DNA of 64,000 nt from Candidatus Marinacidobacterium sp. (lineage in GTDB: Bacteria; Acidobacteriota; Vicinamibacteria; Marinacidobacterales; Marinacidobacteraceae): assembly GCA_965202845.1 (NCBI GenBank), contig OZ241856.1:1027159-1091158 (forward strand), written 5' to 3'. The notes under the pieces were generated by a model that did no database searches, was not told the DNA's origin, and saw nothing but the letters and a program-made list of their open reading frames with translations. Below are positions 61,182 through 64,000 of this stretch, in pieces (position 1 is the stretch's first letter; every line of letters starts with the position of its first letter). The translations under genes and the position numbers were made by a program.

Positions 61182-61712
61182 GTGGGGCGGGGGGAGGGAA
61201 TGCTACCATTCGGGGGAACGATGGGAGCGTTCCGAGGTTCCGTGCGGCTCGCCACCCGGCTCGATCCGCTCTTCGCGTTTTTCAGCGATGCGCACAATCT
61301 CGAGGCGCTCACGCCGCCCTGGTTGCGCTTCGAGGTTCTGACGCCGGCGCCCATCCCGATGCGGCCGGGAACGCTCATCGACTACCGGCTCCGCATCCGG
61401 GGCGTTCCGATTCGCTGGCGCAGCCGGATCACCGCATGGGAGCCGCCGTTCCGCTTCGTGGACGAACAGGTTCGCGGCCCGTACCGGAAATGGGTGCACG
61501 AGCACCGCTTCGAACAGCAGACGGACGCCGCCGGCCGCGAGATCGTGATCGCGAGCGACCACGTGGACTATCGGGCGCCGGGCGGCAGGTGGATCGAACG
61601 GTTTCTGGTGACGCCCGACGTCGAGCGGATCTTCGCGTTCCGCTCGGCGGAATTGCGAAAACGGTTCGGCGAAGCGCCTCCCGCATGGCTTCCGATAAGC
61701 AATCTTATGTAA
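61182..61712 (+). CDS. SRPBCC (polyketide cyclase/COQ10-like) family protein
   Basis: About 165 aa. Composition fits a Bet v1-like fold. Start is uncertain (61182, 61200 or 61221). Confidence 0.45.
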   Translation: MGRGEGMLPFGGTMGAFRGSVRLATRLDPLFAFFSDAHNLEALTPPWLRFEVLTPAPIPMRPGTLIDYRLRIRGVPIRWRSRITAWEPPFRFVDEQVRGPYRKWVHEHRFEQQTDAAGREIVIASDHVDYRAPGGRWIERFLVTPDVERIFAFRSAELRKRFGEAPPAWLPISNLM

Positions 61713-61734
61713 CGTATTGGCGCACAGGGCGCGG

Positions 61735-62607
61735 TCAGCGGGAAGCCTCCCGGAAGGCGACCACCTCCCGGTGGAAGACGAACAGCGCGTCCAGGTCCCC
61801 GGTCGGCGACTCGAAGTTGTACGTCCGTCCGCCGCGCACCTTCAGTCGCAGGTTGTTGTTCATGTAGTCCAGCTCGAACGTCTCGGTCGCCGCGAAGGCG
61901 AGCGTGAAGGCGTCCTTGTGATCGGTTTCGTAGCGAAATCCGTCCGGGCTGGCGACCAAGGTCCCGCTGCAGGACCCGAACGCGTGCTTGTGCACCACCG
62001 CCGCCGAGACGTCGAGGCTGGGCGCCAGGTCGCCGAACTCGATGCGCACCGGAACCGGCTCCCGCTCGACGGCGACCCGACGACTCGCGACGTCGAACCC
62101 TTCGAGCGAGACGGTCAGGCCGTACTCCCCCGGCTGGAGATCGGCGATGGTCACCGGAGTGTTCCCCTTGAAGTTGCGATCCAGGAACACCATCGCGCCC
62201 GGATGGTCGCTTTCGACCACCAGCGAACCCAGCCGTTCGGTCAGCACGGCGCTGAGCACGCGGGTCCCGCCGGCCTCGATCCGCACCCGGGTCTCGAAGG
62301 GATGGTGGTTCTCCAGTTCGACCCGCACCTCGCGCTCGCCAGGCTCCAGCGCACCCCAGCGGCCGGGAAGCGTCCCCAGCCGCTCGCCGTCCAGGAAAAC
62401 GGCGGCGCCTTCGCTCCCCTCCACATGAAGCGCCCCGAAGCGCGGCGCTTCGGGCGCCGGCGGAGGCGGAGGAGCGGGTTCCGGTTCTGGCGGCGGGAGT
62501 ACGGGCGCCGGCTCCGCTTCGGGCGGCGCATCCTCCGGCGGCGCCCCGCCACAGGCGAAGCACCCGAGGACGAACGCCCCCAACCACCGAAGCAGACGGG
62601 AACTCAC
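61735..62607 (-). CDS. PEGA-domain lipoprotein
   Basis: Signal/lipobox LLRWLGAFVLGCFACGG, proline-rich linker, and PEGA-like beta domains (GEYGLTVSLEGF). GTG start overlaps the upstream stop. Confidence 0.55.
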   Translation of the reverse strand: MSSRLLRWLGAFVLGCFACGGAPPEDAPPEAEPAPVLPPPEPEPAPPPPPAPEAPRFGALHVEGSEGAAVFLDGERLGTLPGRWGALEPGEREVRVELENHHPFETRVRIEAGGTRVLSAVLTERLGSLVVESDHPGAMVFLDRNFKGNTPVTIADLQPGEYGLTVSLEGFDVASRRVAVEREPVPVRIEFGDLAPSLDVSAAVVHKHAFGSCSGTLVASPDGFRYETDHKDAFTLAFAATETFELDYMNNNLRLKVRGGRTYNFESPTGDLDALFVFHREVVAFREASR

Positions 62608-63098
62608 TGGGAAATCGCTCCCACCGTGCGCCAGGCGGCCCGGTGGTAGACCAACGGACGGCTTTCCGGCCGCTCCACCCGGCTCGCCAGCACCGCCCCG
62701 ACGAAGAGCGTGTGATCCGCTTCCTCGTAGCGGGAGATGACCCGGCAGTCGGCCCAGGCCAGACAATCCGGAATGGAAGGCGGCTCCCCTCCCCCTCCCG
62801 TCGCGGGAACATCGGGAAACTGCTCCCGGGAATCCAGTCCCGGCTGGGCGAAGTGGCGTCCCACGAAACCCTGATCCTCGGCGAGAAGGTGAATCCGAAA
62901 ACGCCCCCGGGCGATGGCGGCATGGGCGCGCGCCCGCTTCTGGATCGAGATGAGGAACGACGGCGGATCCACGCTCAGCGAAAAGAACGCGCTCACCGTG
63001 ATGCCCCGGGGCCCCTCCTCCCCCGCCGCAGTCACCACGCTCACCGCCTGCGGAGCGTTCCGCATGAAGGCGCGGAGACCGTCAGCGGTTTCCACCAC
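62604..63098 (-). CDS. Flavin reductase-like FMN-binding domain protein
   Basis: LRAFMRNAPQAVSVVTAAGEEGPRGITVSAFFSLSVDPPSFLISIQ. 164 aa. Confidence 0.7.
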   Translation of the reverse strand: MVETADGLRAFMRNAPQAVSVVTAAGEEGPRGITVSAFFSLSVDPPSFLISIQKRARAHAAIARGRFRIHLLAEDQGFVGRHFAQPGLDSREQFPDVPATGGGGEPPSIPDCLAWADCRVISRYEEADHTLFVGAVLASRVERPESRPLVYHRAAWRTVGAISQ

Positions 63099-63110
63099 GC
63101 GCCGCGACGT

Positions 63111-63587
63111 TCAGACGGGCGTCGGCGCGTCGACGAAATCGGCCGTGTAGCTCAATTCCACCGCGCCCCGAAGGGTGTTCGCCAGCGGACAGCCGCGCTC
63201 ATGCGCCGAAAGCGCCCGCTCCGCCTCCGCGCGCTTGCCGGCGGGCAGCGCGATGCGGTAACGGATGCGGATCCGGCGCAGCGCCATCACCCCGTTCTCG
63301 TTCACGATGTCCCCCTCCACGTCCGCCGCCAGCCGGTCGGGATGGCTGGGGATCCCGCGTGCCTCGAGCGCCCGCCCGAGCGTCCCCACCATTCAACCCC
63401 CGGCGGCCGCCACCACGTAGTCGAGGGTGGCCGGAAGCTCCTCGGCGGGCTGGACTCCGTAGAAGGCGGCGATCCCGCTGTGCACGCCGAAGCGAACCGG
63501 CTGTTCGAAATCCTCGAGGAACGCCTGGCGCACCGGCCCGGCCTGCTTGACGATACGAGCGTGGCAGGTGTGGACGGTCTCGTTCAA
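63111..63587 (-). CDS. osmC: OsmC/Ohr-family peroxiredoxin with in-frame TGA at the peroxidatic Cys position (candidate selenoprotein; alternatively a nonsense pseudogene)
   Basis: Track ORFs 63393..63890 and 63111..63392 share a frame and are separated only by TGA 63393-63395. The reading is ...PAEELPATLDYVVAAAGG-[TGA]-MVGTLGRALEARGI...ALSAHERGCPLANTL. The proposed TTG start at 63587 overlaps the upstream stop as TTGA. Confidence 0.5.
63363..63380 (-). other. Stem-loop 12-30 nt 3' of the in-frame UGA (SECIS-like candidate)
   Basis: mRNA UGA AUGGUGGGGACG CUCGGG-CGGGCG-CUCGAG: 6-bp stem (one G-U pair) with a 6-nt G-rich loop. Alternative pairings with the downstream GGGAUCCC palindrome are possible. 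Confidence 0.3.
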
Positions 63588-64000
63588 TGGGAAGGGGCTC
63601 CGAAAATTTCCGGGTGGGTCGGCTTGACCGGCGCCCCCTTCCCCGCGACCGGCAGGTCGACGGTCAGGGTGGCGCTGGTGGGCGCGCTGCAGGCGTTGTC
63701 GGTACAGAGCTGGTAGCGCAGCAGGACTTCCCCGACCACCGGCTCCTCGCCGCGAACTCGCGCGTCCACCGGAATCCGGATGGCGACGCTGCCCTCGTAG
63801 AGATCGAACTCGCCCAAGCCGGAGAGATCCCGGCGAATCGGCTCGGGGTACATCGGGTCGCCCGGCGTGAACGCATCCGGCGCGGTCCATTCCGCCACGG
63901 TGGCGCTGGGCGGCTTCTCCTCCGGCCCGTAGAGATGGTAGCCGGGAGCGATTTCGGCGAGCACCGCGACCTCGAACCGGTCCCCGTCCCGGACCGCCGA
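63584..64000 (-). CDS. DsbD N-terminal (alpha) domain-like thiol-disulfide protein (5' partial; the frame stays open to the window edge)
   Basis: APGYHLYGPEE and LLRYQLCTDNACSAP match the DsbD-alpha YQGCAD..C pattern. Confidence 0.5.
   Translation of the reverse strand, partial: SAVRDGDRFEVAVLAEIAPGYHLYGPEEKPPSATVAEWTAPDAFTPGDPMYPEPIRRDLSGLGEFDLYEGSVAIRIPVDARVRGEEPVVGEVLLRYQLCTDNACSAPTSATLTVDLPVAGKGAPVKPTHPEIFGAPSH

Overview
The window is a 64 kb chromosomal segment at about 70% GC from a Gram-negative-type bacterium. The gene content loosely suggests an Acidobacteriota- or Gemmatimonadota-like organism, based on a VWFA-related acidobacterial-domain protein and the bacillithiol enzyme BshC. 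The six-frame track is dominated by spurious antisense and run-on ORFs. Real genes were picked by recognisable protein families, signal peptides, and a recurring 4-nt start/stop overlap (ATGA, GTGA or TTGA) between consecutive genes.

Layout, left to right:
- A type IV pilus minor-pilin/tip-adhesin operon (PilX-like, vWA-PilY1, prepilin-like).
- A horizontally acquired, AT-richer Type III restriction-modification island of about 7.8 kb. It is bracketed by ~505-bp direct repeats of the 3' end of the pilin-like gene. Its mod gene is split by an ISL3-family insertion sequence with an 8-bp target duplication.
- An Rpn/YhgA-like PD-(D/E)XK nuclease, then a TPR/TonB_C protein.
- A five-gene minus-strand operon: aldehyde dehydrogenase, a kinase-M23-aminotransferase fusion, an esterase, an SDR epimerase, and a TlpA-like thioredoxin.
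- Methionine and redox genes (msrA, metH, metF-HMT fusion, a DAACS transporter), followed by argS-lepB-bshC.
- A VWFA gene coupled to an HNH endonuclease, and a cytochrome c peroxidase.
- A duplicated MoxR/DUF58/BatA/DUF4159 (Bat-like) supercluster that ends in a small DNA methyltransferase.
- hflKC, a secreted zinc metalloprotease, and a redox operon.

The most notable observation is an OsmC/Ohr-family peroxiredoxin gene whose peroxidatic cysteine codon is an in-frame TGA. A stem-loop follows 12 nt downstream of that TGA. This makes it a candidate selenocysteine-containing OsmC, sitting in a translationally coupled operon of DsbD-alpha-like, OsmC, flavin reductase and PEGA genes. No tRNA, rRNA or CRISPR array was recognised by eye. 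Coordinates obtained by hand-counting may be off by 1-2 nt.
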